Assembly (NCBI RefSeq): GCF_009914755.1
Contig: NC_060930.1
DNA: 64,000 bases
Direction: 5' to 3' (one strand)
Source of the DNA: the human T2T-CHM13v2.0 reference genome, Homo sapiens
Made by a program: the position numbers and the translations under genes. Shown piece after piece: positions 30,547-47,092 of the stretch. Each line of letters opens with the position of its first letter. The stretch's first letter is position 1. The notes beneath the pieces were generated by a model. The model did not search any database. It was not told where the DNA came from and saw nothing but the letters and a program-made list of their open reading frames with translations.

Positions 30547-31358
30547 TCCACACTTTATTTTTAAGCTGGAAGTTATCATAGATAGAGCCATTTGTTACAA
30601 TAACTGCAGTAGACCTTTTGCCTTTATTCCCGCTATATGTTCTCCTTTCCTTTCTAACCTGTGGCTTCCACTCCTCACCACTGCAAAACAATTTACAATT
30701 AATTGCTTATACTGCAATTATTAATAAAATATATTTTGCCATTTACTAAACTATTAGATATGTTTTCTGAGTTTTTACACATTAAAACTTTCCACAGTAA
30801 ACATTATAAGTGTTCATTATTAGAATTCATAAATTATACAGAAGTGCAAAAACTAAAGGATGTATCTACTTCTGTTACTTTCACAGAATAATCTATGCAT
30901 ATGTACTAATACAGATTTAGACATATGTTATCCCAAATCTGGTAGTACTTTTGTAGCTTTTCATTTTATTCTAGTACTAAAATTATTAGAACACTAGTCT
31001 TTTTGGAATTGATTTTTAAAGTCCCCTAATTGGAATTGCAGCCATCTTTTTGGTCTGTCCTCCGATTGAAGAAGATCTAACAGTGCAATCATCATATGAC
31101 ACTTAATAAGCATCCTTGCTGGGCACCTGGTCCATAAGAACATTGAGAATAAATACTTTCCTGACATTCAGTCAGATTGATTGATGCACATCAAGTCAAT
31201 GACACTGGGGAACGCTTTGTGGATGGAATGACTACATAATAACAGGAAAACTCTAGGAAGATACACTTAATGAATCCTTATTGATCTAAATACACCTAAA
31301 ACTTGTTTGTAACTTTAACCTCTGCCACATTATAGAGGAAGACATTCCAAACTCAAAC

Positions 31359-31593
31359 TTTTTTTTTATATACTTTAAGTTCTAGGGTACATGGGCACAA
31401 CATGCAGGTTTGTTACATATGTATACATGTGCCATGTGGGTGTGCTGCCCCCATTAACTCATCATTTACATTAGGTATATCTCCTAATGCTACCCCTCCC
31501 CCCACCCCCCACCCCAAGACAGGTGTGATGTTCCCCACTCTGTGTCCAAGTGTTCTCATTGTTCAATTCCCACCTATGAGTGAGAACATGCAG
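31359..31593 (-). mobile_element. L1PA 5'-truncated 3' end (~235 bp)
   Basis: tatactttaagttctagggtacatg...cacctatgagtgagaacatgcag. TSD tccaaactcaaacttt (31346-31361) / tccaaactctaacttt (31594-31609). Confidence 0.92.
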
Positions 31594-31606
31594 TCCAAAC
31601 TCTAAC

Positions 31607-31939
<333 letters not shown>

Positions 31940-32618
31940 CCAAACTTTTATTTTATATATATATATCTTAGTAGAAGTTGAACAAATATTTCCGAAGCTG
32001 TTCAGAACAAGGTAGAATTCAACATACTGGAAATGTGTGTGTGGCCTGAAAATTATAGCCAGCTACTCCAGAAACCTATAGTTGTGGTGTTTTGGAATTT
32101 GGTGACTTGGCCATGGTTATTCAATTAAGGAAAATATTCTCATACTTATTTTTATATCAGTCTTTCCTACTCAGGTCCTTCAAAGAAAACATGGTTAAAC
32201 CTATTCTCTCCCCTTCATAGTTGCTTAATTTTATTTTTTCCAACCCAGGAAGTCCTAACTTGTACAAGTGTATCCTCATAAAATACTAATGCCTTGGTCA
32301 TGTTATCTACTCTGAAGTCATTTTAAGCCTTTCCCTTTGCTAGGATGCTTACCACAACTGGATATTTCAAGTATGGAAGCACCATGATGTGAAGCAAAGA
32401 TGGGAAAGTAGTTTTATTTCTGTTTGCAAACAAATGATGTCTCCTTCTTCACTGGTATTTTAGGTAAAGGCATTAGGAAAAACTACTGGCTTCAGAGAAG
32501 AGGACTTAATGACACTAAGTTGTGTGATCTGGTGAACACACTTTGAATCAGTTTTGTCCAAATGCATTTCCCTATGTTTGCCAACATCAAGCTCCCTATT
32601 ATAACATAGTTTCTAGAA

Positions 32619-32912
32619 CAGTGCTGCCCAATAGAAGGACTAGTAAAGCCACCGATGTGGGCCACATATAAAATTTTAAATTTTCTGGTGGCCATGATAA
32701 AAAAGTAAAAATATGCAGATATAATTTTAATATTTTATGTAGATGCAAAATATTATGATTTCAACAAATAATCAATATAGGAGGTATTAATAAGATAGTG
32801 GTCATTCTTTTTTTGTACCAAGTTTTTGAAATTGGGTGTATGTTTTGTAATTACAGCACAACTCAGTTGGGACTGTCCATATGTGGCTAACGGCTACTAT
32901 ATTGGCAGACAA
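32619..32912. mobile_element. hAT-Charlie MITE (MER33/MER3-like)
   Basis: cagtgctgcccaatagaa...atgtggctaacggctactatattgg, with an 8-bp TSD TTCTAGAA on both sides (32611-32618, 32913-32920). Confidence 0.8.
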
Positions 32913-34677
32913 TTCTAGAACCAAGCTGAAAACCATAAACTGATGGCAAGTGTGGAAAGAGCACAGTTTGCACTCTCAGACTACTAGATTACCTAGACTC
33001 TTTACTCTTGAAACATCAAATATGAATTCATCTATTAAAAATGTCACCATAATTATAGATGTAGGTTAGCCTTTCTTTTACAATGATGGGGTAAAAATAA
33101 CTGATTTCCCACCAGCTTTCCGGTGCAACATCCATTACCATAATAAAGCAAATTTAAATTTAATTAGAATGTAATTAAAGGTAATGTGGGTGATTCCAGG
33201 ATAGCTGATTTGTTTTACTAGTAACAGAAACGCCCTTTGCCACTTATATGAAGCTGGAACAATATTAATCAAATGACTTATTATCTGAGAGAACAAAGTA
33301 CAGAAATATTTACATAACATAGTACCATAGGCAGAATATCCACGTTAAACTAATGTTAAGAACGACAAAGGGAAGATACGCCAGCATAATACATCTTACT
33401 TCTTTTCCAATAATACAACTGGGACATTGCAAATACCCAACTTCTAGAATCTGTCAGGAAGAGTAATCTACATGTATTTAATTCTCTCCTGCACATGTTG
33501 AATGACTAAATTGTGAAAATATATTTGAATGCTTTTTTTTAGAAATCACTATACTTCTTTGTTAGGTTACTTAATTTTTAGCATAAACCCACCAAATCCC
33601 ATGTCAATTGTTAAAAATGGATCTATTCAAGCCTACAGTATAAATTTATGGTTTCCCAGGAAATCACAGGAAAGTTGTTGTAAAAGGTATTAAAATTATT
33701 GCCAATAAATCCCATGTTTAAAAATATTCTATTAAATGTAAATGTTGAAAGTAGTATTAATAACAGCTATGTTCAAAGAAAACTTTAAGGGCAAACATAA
33801 AACAATTTACTTGGAAGGCCATATTACAAGATTCAAAGATTTGCTAGATTCTTTGAACAGGTTTCGATGGGAGATGATGATCTTGTGATCTGTAGATAAG
33901 AGACTCTGAATATCAAGTGATCAGAAACCAAAGCAGAGATAAGGCTACTGAAAATAGCCTATTTCCTGTGCTGGTCTGGACCTAGGCTTTGGGGTATAGG
34001 CAGGCCTGATACCAGAAGTCCGATGTAGCAAAAGGAATGAAGGAAAAAGATGAAGAGACAAAAACATGCTGACACTGTCATTATTTCTACAAATGTCAAA
34101 ATAAAATTCAAAATGAAATCGATTTTTTAATTATAAAAATTCTTCTGAGAATTGTTTATTTTCCCCTCCAGACATAAGTAAACTTAAGGCAAGGAATCAT
34201 ATTTACCTTCTGATATGCTTCACATAGAATTTGCCACTTTTTATCAGCAATATTAAAAATGATTATGTGATGAATAGCTTTCAGTCTATACGCCCTGAGA
34301 GCAGGCAAGAAAAATTATTCAAAAAAACAAAATGCTTCTCACTATTAACCAAAAAACAGCCTATGAAAAGGCACAGTCAAATGATCTTGGTCAACAAGGC
34401 TAAGGCACCCATTCATTATTTATTGAGGGCTTATTGGGTATAAGGACATCTAAGAATTATTCAACGTCAAGTGTTGTGGGCCAAAAGCCACAAGAGAAAA
34501 GGATTTTCACTTCCAAGTCCAGCCTAATAGTTCCAATCTTGGAAAGAACGAGAGAAATAACAGAGGAAGAGAAAAGAAAGAGAAACTTGGAGGAGGAACA
34601 AATAAACAGCAGACATGTTGTTACTGGAGAAGACAAAAAATGCAGTGAGAAGATAGAGACGTAAGAACCGCGCAGGT

Positions 34678-35584
<907 letters not shown>

Positions 35585-37115
35585 TAAAGTGGTAAACAGT
35601 CATGCTGCAGACTCATAAACTGTGTAAATTCATACAAAAGTTTAGTAAATCTTCTCAATCCCGTTTGTATAGGCTTTCTTAAGTGAAACAAAGGGGCAGA
35701 AATAAACAATAGGTAATGATAACTGTGGAAAAGAAAACAGGCAGCACAGCATGAGGAAAGGACGAGCACAGGGAAGCCCAATGGGTCAGAATGATGTGCA
35801 AGCTCGGTCTTGCCTGGTTCAACCTCATGAACAAGAGAAGATCAGCAAACGTGATACCCCAGCCACAAGAGTAACACTGATAATAATAATTACGATTCTA
35901 TCGTCATCATTCATGTGGAGGTGCATGCCAGGTGCTTTCGAATTGTTAACCACCCACAAGAAGCCTGAACACCTAGAGTTCTCCTCATCGTGTACATAAG
36001 CAAAGGGAAGGGAGAGAGAGTCTTTAATTGGCCCCAGAATATACAGCAATAAATGGAGGAGCTGAGGAGTAAGGCCAACTGGTTCTGAAATCCTGCCTGT
36101 GGTGTCTGGCTGTAAAACTCTGACTCTTGCCTAAGCTGAAGTCTAGCCTGGGACCTGAAGTGCAGCAACTCTGACTGAAGCTGGATGGTTACTCTACTTC
36201 CAGTATTGTGCTCAATGAAGAGGTCAGTTTTTGAGCAAATACACTTGACTCTTTGAGGGAGTTAAGAAAAATGAAATTGAAATAAAGCCAGAATATACAC
36301 CAGAGAAAATTTTGGTGTCTATTTTCCTGAAATCACACAATCTATCTTAAAATTTTTACAATGCTCAAAGGTGTTTCATCATTGCCCACCAACTTCTATC
36401 CTGGTAGGTACCAGGAAATTATCATCTCTCAGGTTTCAAATAAAGCAGGTATAGGCCAGCTGTTCTTGCTCACAGTGATACTACAGGCAGTCAAAAAATA
36501 AATTCGCTGATGAATGTTACCTCCTAGAACTTCCACGCGTGGGACTTACACACTGATGCACGAGTTTCCATTGGCATTTTTGACAGCATCTATACTCCTC
36601 TTATATCAACAGAATATGTCCAGAACTACTGGCTTTATAAGAGTCGAGTTATGCAGTTGCTACACAGGGTCATTTTGCCAGTCCTTTCATTCAAAACCAT
36701 CTTTGGTGACTCCCTTCATTGAGAACAAGATGCAAAGTCTTCAGGTGTTCACAGTCCTTTACGATTCCCTTTTTCCACCTATTTCTTGCTATACTTTCCC
36801 CTTTCAGTATCCACTCTTTTCTCATCCTCCTCCTCTCTGCTGCGGCCTCTCCTACTTCACAAACACCAGCCACAGGGAGCTTGTTTCTAGGTCATGCTTC
36901 ATATTCTCCTGCATAACTGCATGTTCTCTGGGATAACCTTTCCCCTACAGCATCTCTAACTATTCAGGAAGCTAACCTTGTGGAAGGTCCATTCAAATTA
37001 TACCCGTCTTACAAATCCTGCTCTATCTCTTGCTGTTGTTTGGCAACACTAGGATCCTTTACTGTTTGTCAGCCTCATCCTGTTTCCCGGCTTCTGCAAC
37101 TGTTTTTCTCAGTAC

Positions 37116-37199
37116 AGTGCAGAGTCCCAGAGTGCAGGGTCCTAAAGCGCAGGGTCCTAGAGCACAGGGTCCTAGAGCGCAGAGTCCTAGAGCACAGGG
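37116..37199. repeat. 15-bp tandem repeat (AGGGTCCTAGAGCRC), about 5.6 copies
   Basis: Units start at 37121, 37136, 37151, 37166 and 37181. Confidence 0.93.
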
Positions 37200-38376
37200 C
37201 GAACATGGTTATCCACGGTGAGATCTTCTTCCCCTAGTACCTACCACAGTCTCCCATATAGGAGACATTCACATGTATTTGTTTAATTTTATGAACAACT
37301 GTAGAGCTTACTCTGAGAAAAGAGGTTTCATACTGACCTGTAATTGGATATTCTCTTTCTGGCCTAGTATATAACCTCCCTGATTCAGGCTGCGGCTCAG
37401 AGTTCTTCAAAGAGTAAGTACAGTTATCACTGTTGAAAGTGACTCTGGCTGTAAACATCAAAGACGTGATTTCTAATGTTGTTGTGGCTGAAACTCCGCT
37501 TAAACACTAGGGAGAACAACAAGTCCACAGAAGTCACATGTCTGTTCATTAAACGCACAGGAAGACCTTGAACTAAACCCTTCACAAAACATCTAACACA
37601 GAGCTTGCAATGGTGAGGAGCCTCTCTCTCCTGCACAGCCAGTGAACAATCTAGGCTTGGAGAGACAGAGAGAAGAGCAAGAGCATTCTAATAAGCAGGT
37701 GTCTGTGACCTCCTGAGTAACCAACCGTGAAACCAAGAGATAAGTACAGTCATGGGTCACTGAACAACGAGGACACATTTTAAGAATTGCGTTGTTAGGG
37801 GATTTTGTTTTGGGAACACCACGGAAGGGACTTACATAAACCCAGATGGTACAGGCGACTCCACACCTAGGCTCTATGGGGCAGCCTGCTGCTCTTGGCT
37901 ACAAACCGGCACAACATGTTTACTGAATGCCTTAGGCAACTGTAACACAACAAGAAACATTTGTATATATAAACACAAAAAAGTAAAGTAAAAACACAGT
38001 ATAAAAGGTAAAAAATGGGACACTCGTCTAGGAAACATGGAGTTTGCAGAACTGGAAGTTGCTCTGGGTGATCAGGGAGCGAGTGGCGAGTGAATGGGAA
38101 GACCTAGGACATGACTGTCCATTACCACAGACTTCACCAACACTGCACACTCAGGCTACGCTAAAGTTAGAAAAAAACATTTCCTTTCCTCTGTGATAAA
38201 TTAACTTTAGCTTACTGTAACTTTTTTTACTTTATAAACTTTTTAACTTTTTGACTCTTTTAATAATACCGGTTTAACACACAAATGTATTGCACAGCTA
38301 CACAAAAGTATTCCTTCTTCATATCCTTACTCTATATGCTGTTTTCCACCTTAAAAAAAAAAACAACCTTTAAAAC

Positions 38377-38677
38377 TTTTTTCTTTTTTTTTGAGACGGT
38401 GTCATGCTCTGTTGCCCGGGTTGGAGTGCGGTGGTGTGATCTTGGCTCACTGAAACCTCTGTATCCCAGGTTCAGGAGATTCTCCTGCCTCAGTCTCCTG
38501 AGTAGCTGGGATTACAGGCGCATGCCAACATCCCCAGCTAATTTTTTTTGTATTTTTAGTAGAGATGGGGTTTCACCATGTTGGCCAGGCTGGTCTTGAA
38601 CTCCGTATCTCAGGTGATTTGCCCACCTAAGCCTCCCAAACTGCTGGGATAACAGGCTTGAGCCACCATGCCTGGCC
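38377..38677 (-). mobile_element. AluS inserted in Tigger3b
   Basis: TSD ctttaaaac. Confidence 0.92.
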
Positions 38678-38934
38678 TATCTTTAAAACATTTTTGTTAA
38701 AAAGCAAGACATAAACACACAGTAGCCTGGGCTTAGAGAGGGTCAAGATCATCAATATCACTGTCTCCCACCTCCACTCACATCTGGTCCCACTGGAGGG
38801 TCTTCAGGGACAATAACAAACATAGAGCTGTCATCTCCTGTGATCACAATGCCTTCTTTTGGACACCTGCTGAAGGACCTGCCTGAGGCTGTTTTACAGT
38901 TATCTGTTTTTTTTTCTCAAAAATAATTAGTAGG

Positions 38935-39284
<350 letters not shown>

Positions 39285-39963
39285 CTAATCACGTACTATA
39301 CATAATTGTATGTGCTGGACTTTTACACAATTGGTATCGTAGTAGGCTCATTGACCCCAGGGTCACCACGCACACGAGGAACGCATTGTACTAGGATGTT
39401 ACCATGGCGAAGACATCACTAGGCTATAGGAGCTTTTCAGCTCCATGACAATCTTATGGGACCACCCTTGCAGATGTGGTCTGTCACTAACTGAAATGTC
39501 ATGGGGCACATGGCTGTATACATTTTTTTACTGTATTTGAATGATACGGACAATTACTGACGACCAAAAATAGGGAGGAGAGGAAGAAGATGACATGGAA
39601 GTAAGTAGAAACTATTTCTGAAGGAGAAAAACTTACATGGGAAAAAGACTCCTTCTTTGTGCCATGGATTTGCCAGTTGACATGACTGAAAAGCAGTCAC
39701 CCAAACAATGACCAGGAGGACCGAGTGCTGCTGGTGAAGCCCACCAGAGACCAGCGGACGGGGACTGCTGCTGTGTTAGCGAGGGGAAAAACAGCCTAGG
39801 ACACTGCCCACCCCATCTTCAAGGGCTTCCCTGACTCTAGCAAATCATAAAAACCAAAACCCATAAATGATGAGGCCACCAAGTCATAAAGAAGAAGTCA
39901 AACCCAATCATTACCCTTTTGTTAGATAGTATGGAAGGAGACAGTGTATTTTAACTGATTCTC

Positions 39964-40271
39964 TTTTTTTTTAAGACAGAGTCTTGCTCTGTCACCCAGC
40001 CTGGAGCGCAGTGGCACGATCTCACCTCACTGCACCCTCCGCCTCCTGGGTTCAAGTGATTCTCCCGCCTCAGCCTCCTGAGTACCTGGCACTACAGGTG
40101 TGCACCACCAAGCCCAGCTAATTTTTGTGTGTGTGTGTGTGTGTGTATTTTTAGTAAAGACAGAGTTTTGCCATGTTGGCCAGCTTGTCCCAAACTCCTG
40201 ACCTCAAGTGATCTGCCTACCTCAGCCTCTCAAAGTGCTGGGATTACAGGCATGAGCCACTGCGCCTGGCC
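39964..40271 (-). mobile_element. AluS with a (TG)n microsatellite in its linker
   Basis: TSD aactgatt. Confidence 0.92.
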
Positions 40272-42799
40272 TAAACTGATTTTCATTCTACTAGAATTAA
40301 TGTTCTCATATAAAGAATTAAGTAGTCAGCTATATGGAAAAGTGAAGCTTTCAAAAATAACCCATTCCCTATTGATCTAGCCAGCTTCAGATTTATAATA
40401 GCAAACAGGATACCAAATTATAACGAGACCACAAATTCTTATCTGCAGAATCCTCATGTCCATGGAGAGGTAAACTTAAGTCTCTTCAAAATCTGTAAAT
40501 ACTATTAGCTAATTATTCTGAAACTGGTTGCTGATACATTTTAAGGTTTCTCTTAAAGTTAACTCACTTTCTAAGATTCTACCACTACTGGTGGGGGAAA
40601 AAAAAGCAGTTTTTTTGTTAACGTATAATGTTTCCATTAAGTGGAAATTCAAGGGCAGGCAGATGCTATCTCTTAAGAGTTGAGCATTTTGTATTAAAAT
40701 TAACCAGCATGATATTTGGCATCTCACTGGGATGCAAAAGGGAACATTATTTGCTGCTGCGTGCCATTAGTGCCAGAAACATTTTTTCATAAAATGAAGA
40801 GTGCAGCTCCACTAATCTATTAGTCCTAAGCCATTTTAGATCATACCATTGATTAACTAAAATATTTTTTTTTCAAATGACGGCTGATGACAGAGCACTA
40901 CCTTAAAAGTCAAAGAACTATAAATTAAACATGAATCCAGTTACCATGTTCTGTCAAAACAAGAAATACATGCGTGTGTTTGTGTCCTTTATATGGGCCA
41001 ACATAAGCTTTTCCTATTATTTCTGGAAATATTCAGATTTATTAGCACACATAAAATCCTCAGACTGAAATTATTATAACATTTATTTCAAACTGAAAAA
41101 AATACCAAAGGAGTAATCTGGGGGGCTTGGTGTCTCATGGTGGACTCCTATTTGCTTTTGCCCCTTTTCTTCTTTGGGTCTTACCTTCCAGCATGCTTAA
41201 ACTTCTAGTTATAGAAACCCATGGCAACACTCACTGCCCAGAATAACTATGTTTACTCAGATAATGAAAAGTGGTGTGATAACCTTATCTCCTGGGATAA
41301 TTAGGTTATGTCCAAAAAGCCAGGCTCCTTAAAGATCCTTTTCAATGATCTCCATGCTTGATACAGGGCACTGACTTTACTACAAAAATATTTAAAACAC
41401 TGTGGCTTTTCATACTTTCACAACTTTTTATTTTATGTTCAGCTGCTACTCAAAAAACTAACTTTGTGCAGTATTCCAACCAATACATCATCACATAAAT
41501 ACATCTTTTACACAAGCAAGTGCACTTGAAGAAATTCCAGTTGAAGGCATACAAGAACCTCCAAGGTTACCCAGGAAACCTATTCTGACGAGTTATGTAT
41601 ATGTCAAAACACATGAGTCTACATCTTCATAAAACTGTGTGACTGAGAGTGCATCAGGGGTTAAGCTACGTAAACAAACAAAACCAGCAATAATGGCAAC
41701 AGAAATATTCACAATATTGGAATCAAAAGTAACTATTTGTGACATCTAATGTTGATTGGTTATCCATAATTTTTTAAAGCCTTCATATTAAAAACAACGA
41801 AAGAAAAATACATGAACCAAGTATACTATGTAAAATGGATAAATGAAAGCAGAGAAAAGAAAGCAAGCAAGAATAAATATCTACTCCAAAACCCAACTCT
41901 AAAATGAGATGCATAGGCTCTTTAAATCACAAAATCTGTGTGGCTTACTAATGGAAGGATCCTTAGAGATCATCTTGTCCAATCTACCTTCCAACGTGGA
42001 AATTTATTATCCATCATACCTAATACCAAACTGACGCAGTCCAGCAGAAACACTCCGGCCTGAGGGTATGCACTGATTCCATTGTTGGACAGCTAGCTCT
42101 ATTTGTTACAGCCCAACTTTTGACGGATGTGTAAGACTTGAAGACATTAAGACCCAGAAATGACTCTATGATTATACTATGATTATAATGACTATATGAT
42201 TATACCTCATTATAATTACTACAGCCTCCATAAATATATGCTACTCAAAGTGTAAAAAGTCACATCACCAGAAGACAAACATAATGTGAACCCCTATCCC
42301 AAGGATAATTTATCTGCCATATGCACAAAACCCAGTCTCACGATATTCGAGTCTGGGTCCTCTCTGAGAAACAGACATCAAGATCTGATGACATGTGCAA
42401 GAAATTTATTGGGTGAGACACCTGTGAAGGAAGCGGGGATGGATTCTTTGGGGAGTTGCGATTGTTTTGTGTCTTATGTGTGGTGGAGGTAAAAGAAGTT
42501 ATGCCTATGTAAAAACACATAGAACTGTGCACCAAAAAAGTTAATTTAACTATATGCAAATTTTTAAAATTAGAAAATATATATTTAAAAATTTGGAGGG
42601 AGGTGTAGGAAGCTGAGAAGCATCAGACTGGGATACAGATTCAACTCTGTGAAGGAGGCAGTGGCGGCAGTGGGGGCGGGGAAGGAAGGAAAGAAGGGAC
42701 GTAGGGAAGGAGGGAGAGAGGGAGAGAGGGAGACGGGGAAAGGAAAGAAGATTTTAAATATGTGATAACACATGATGTTCCAAAAGGTGAAGAAAAACA

Positions 42800-43375
42800 A
42801 GCCATCTCACAGATTGCTGGAGGCAGTCTACAATGGTAAGGCTACCAAGAAGGACAAGTTGGACAGCTCTATCAAAATTAGAAAGGCACAAGCCCTCTGA
42901 TCCAGCAATTCTACTTTTAGGTATTTACATGACAGAAATATGTAGACATATGTAAGATGATGTGTCTATAAAACTACTAATTGCAAGATTGCTTATAACA
43001 GCTAAAGCTGAAAAAATTCAGCTCAGTGTCAATAATAGGGGACAAGTTAAGTTAAATACCTTGTGTTCCATTCATTTAAGGGAATACCATACATTCTTGA
43101 AAAATACTGATGCTCATATGTACTGATGTAGAGATATTTCCACTGAATGAAACATTGCAAAAATATGCTATCATTTGATCATCTGTATTAAAAAGATATA
43201 TATGGTTGTCTATGCATAAAGTATGTCTAAAAAAGAAGAAAGCAACGATAGCATCAGATGCCTCTTAATATAAAGGAACTGGCTGTTTGGGCAAGAGAAG
43301 TTGGTGGGAAATGTCCCACTGTAAATCCTAGTGGAAAATTTTGAAATTTGAATCATGTAAATATATTACCTGTTT
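42800..43375 (+). mobile_element. Ancient L1ME-type 3' fragment
   Basis: ccctctgatccagcaattctacttttaggtatttac...ggaataccatacattctt...aatcatgtaaatatattacctgtt. Confidence 0.6.
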
Positions 43376-45189
43376 TGAAAGGTAAGCAGACTCTATTTTA
43401 ATGAAGATGAAAAAGATCATTCTAAATGTTAGGTGAAGAATACGGTTCATTAGGGAATAAGTGTCAAGGCAGGAAGACCTCTTCAGGAATGGTGGTAGCA
43501 AAACAGGGGGTCTCCGTGGGGCTGACAGACCCTGCATACATGCTAAAGATGCAGCCAACAGGAGTTGATACTGTAACTAGATATAATGGATCGGGGGAAG
43601 GGGACTCAGGCTGGACTGACTTTTGGCTTGAGTATCCAGATAAACAATGTTGGCATCTGTTGAGATGGGTATGACTGAGTTACAAACAGCTTAGCAGGTG
43701 TAAGAAGACAAAAACAAGAATTCTGTTTGGGACACATTAACGTAGAGATGTTTGTTAGCCTTCCGAATCAAGAGAGTAACAGTACATCGGAGTCCATAAA
43801 CGTGCCTACTGAGATCAACAGTGCTTTTAATTTGCGGTTCTTCAGCTGCAGTGAGACGGGGCATGCTTCTTAGGAGTCCTGGTCATTGTGATGTATAACA
43901 CTGTGACTATCTGTTCATCATGTTTGCTCATTTGCCTATTGGGCATTTTGTTCCTTATTATTTGTAAGTGCTGTTAGCATATTCAAGAAAATTGGCCCTT
44001 TTATCACTTACATTAAATGGTTTTCTTCAGTTCATCAATTTTACTTTTACATTGTTTATATCATTTTCCCTAGAGGAACTCTAAATTTTTATGTGGTCAT
44101 ATTTACTAGTTTTTCTATGGCCTGTGGCATATATTCTTTTCATAATCAGGAAAAACAAAGACAAATCTCATCAGTAATTATTAATGTGAATGTAAATTCT
44201 ATAACATAAAAAATACATTTTATATAATTTCAGAAGTTTTGTAGTACTTACACAAGTGTTGAGGGCATTCATTCGTCACTTTTGTAGTTAACCCACTGGA
44301 ATATCTTTAATAAAGTAATAGGATTTTTCTTTATTCCTTAGAAAAATTGGATATTTAGGGATATTCTTCAATTCAAAGCTCATGATCAACTAAGGATTCT
44401 TTAGAGGAATGGTACGTATTATTTTTTACTTACAGCATTAAAACTCAGCTAGAGATAACAATTGTGTTTGCATAGCTTATTTTTAAAACATGTGGGCACA
44501 GTGACTTTGTGCAATTATTTTAGAAAACACCAAAGTAGTATGAGAGACACTGCTATTTTTTAAATGCTACTCAGCACAACTAATGACTTATAAAATAGGT
44601 AATTATTTCCTTTGAGGTCAGAAGTAGACTTAAATGTTACAGCAGAAAGCCAAAATAAATGTGATTGGTTTTTCTCAAAATAGTAAATTAGCACTTGACT
44701 CCCACCTGCACACTGGTATTTATCTTCCTCTCCACAACTAGTAACTCAATTTGATGCAGTAGCAGGGTACTGGGATGCCACACGTGGTTTAACTCACCAA
44801 GGAGACAGCTGCTTTGTACTGACACCCACTACACTTGTCTTTACCCCAACAACTGTTCACATTAATCTGAGTTAACTACCCTTTGGAGCAACCTGTTCAA
44901 TCTCAGTTAGTCGCCTACTGGAGTGCACAGACACAGGTGATTGAGATTTGAGGGAACCACAGTCACACTGACAGAAATGGAATCTCACCCACTGCATCTT
45001 CAGTCTGGCTGGAGAACCTGAAGGAGCTAAAGGCTTGTTAGAAAATCCTAAAGAACCATAATCTTCTATCGCATATGCAAAGCCTGTTTTACGTCAAATG
45101 ATTGTCAGTGGCTATTAAGTTGCATTCACACAAATCGCTAACAAATTAATATCTGACATTAAGAGGGGTTTATTTCAGTCTTTTGTTTT

Positions 45190-45810
45190 TCTTAAATTAT
45201 AAAATGAATTGCTCTTTTATTTTTGAAACGTGCATACACTTTAAAAATGAAAGTGACTCCCCTCTCCACCCAACCCCCTCCTAATTCCACTCTCCAGGGG
45301 AAAGTGCTGTTAATATTTTGGTGTACAACTTTGCAGGCTCTTAAAGCTGCATTACTACTCATACATATGTATATGTACGTATGTATGAATATGTATGATT
45401 GATATATATGATGCACATATCAATCTAGCCTGCTGTTTAAGCAAAAATGGTATCATACAAAAAGTTCTACAATTCCATTTGTACTCAATAATGCACAAAA
45501 CTCCTTCCGTTAAAGGAACTACAGTTCTACCACATTTTTTTCTTTTGGTGTCATGGTGTACCACACCACGTGCATATCAGAATTTATGTAAACATTCTCC
45601 CTTGGGGGGCCATTCCAGTTGTCTCTGTTTTTCATAATTAACAATAATGCATCTGTGAATATGTACCACCATACACTTGCTCATCTATTTGTGAGAGACC
45701 GAATATGAGAAGTGAAGTTTCTGGGTCAGAGAACATGTCCACTTGCATTTCTGATAGGTATTATCAAATGCCTTTTCAAATGGTGGTTGTTTTACTTGAC
45801 ATTCTACCAA
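45190..45810 (-). mobile_element. Ancient L1ME-type fragment
   Basis: ggtatcatacaaaaagttctac...ttccagttgtctctgtttttcataattaacaataatgcatctgtgaatatg...aagtttctgggtcagag. Confidence 0.6.
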
Positions 45811-45920
45811 CAAGAAAGACTATTTTATAAGGCTGCATATTCAAAAGTTATTTTAAAAGCCTCATTACATGTAAGACACCATATGGAGCATGTCACAAGA
45901 TAAACACATCAGTACTCTCA

Positions 45921-46238
<318 letters not shown>

Positions 46239-46929
46239 GTAGATTTTAAGGAAAAAAACGCATAATCACCTACTAAGAAGGTCTAGAAAGTGTGATTAAC
46301 TCTTTAAAATCTAATAAGATATGAACTCTACCTCCTTGACCACCCAGTGTCTAAAGGGTTATTCCTGGGGTCAGCTTTGCAGAAAGTGCTTCCTTATGGA
46401 GTGGTTGTTAGTTGACTTTGCCAGACAGCCTCTGCGTTTTCATTCTCTAACGGAGGCTGGCAAGACTTTGTATAGAGATAGAAACACCAATTCTAGTTTG
46501 TTCCTTGAGAAGGAAGGCCAAGTGACTGGTTTTCTGAGGCTGTGTGTATCTCCCAGGCACAAGCCTCTGTCCCCAGGAGAGCCTGCACGCGTGGCAGGAC
46601 ACATTTGTGGTGGGGCTTTTTACGCTCCCTGTCATCACTTTTTATGATTTTCTCAGTAATTCCTTTTCTTTACTGAGGAAATGAACACACATAAAACTGG
46701 AAAAACGAGCAAAGAATTACATAAAATCTACACAAGGACTTCCTGGCAAAAAGCTTCACTAACATAATAGATTTAAGTTCTTACAATCAGTGGTTCCCAG
46801 GCCTTTGAATTTCATGGACCAGAATTTTTTTTTTAAGTGAAGAATTCAACATAGAAACAACTATTATTTGTTCTTTAAAAACATTTTTGAAAACCTCACT
46901 CAAACAAATAACCTAGCAAAACTGTTTTA

Positions 46930-47092
<163 letters not shown>

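Noticed and set aside
36980-37237. ORFs with RVLEH / AQGPR repeats
   Set aside because: By-product of the 15-bp tandem repeat, with no splice or promoter support.
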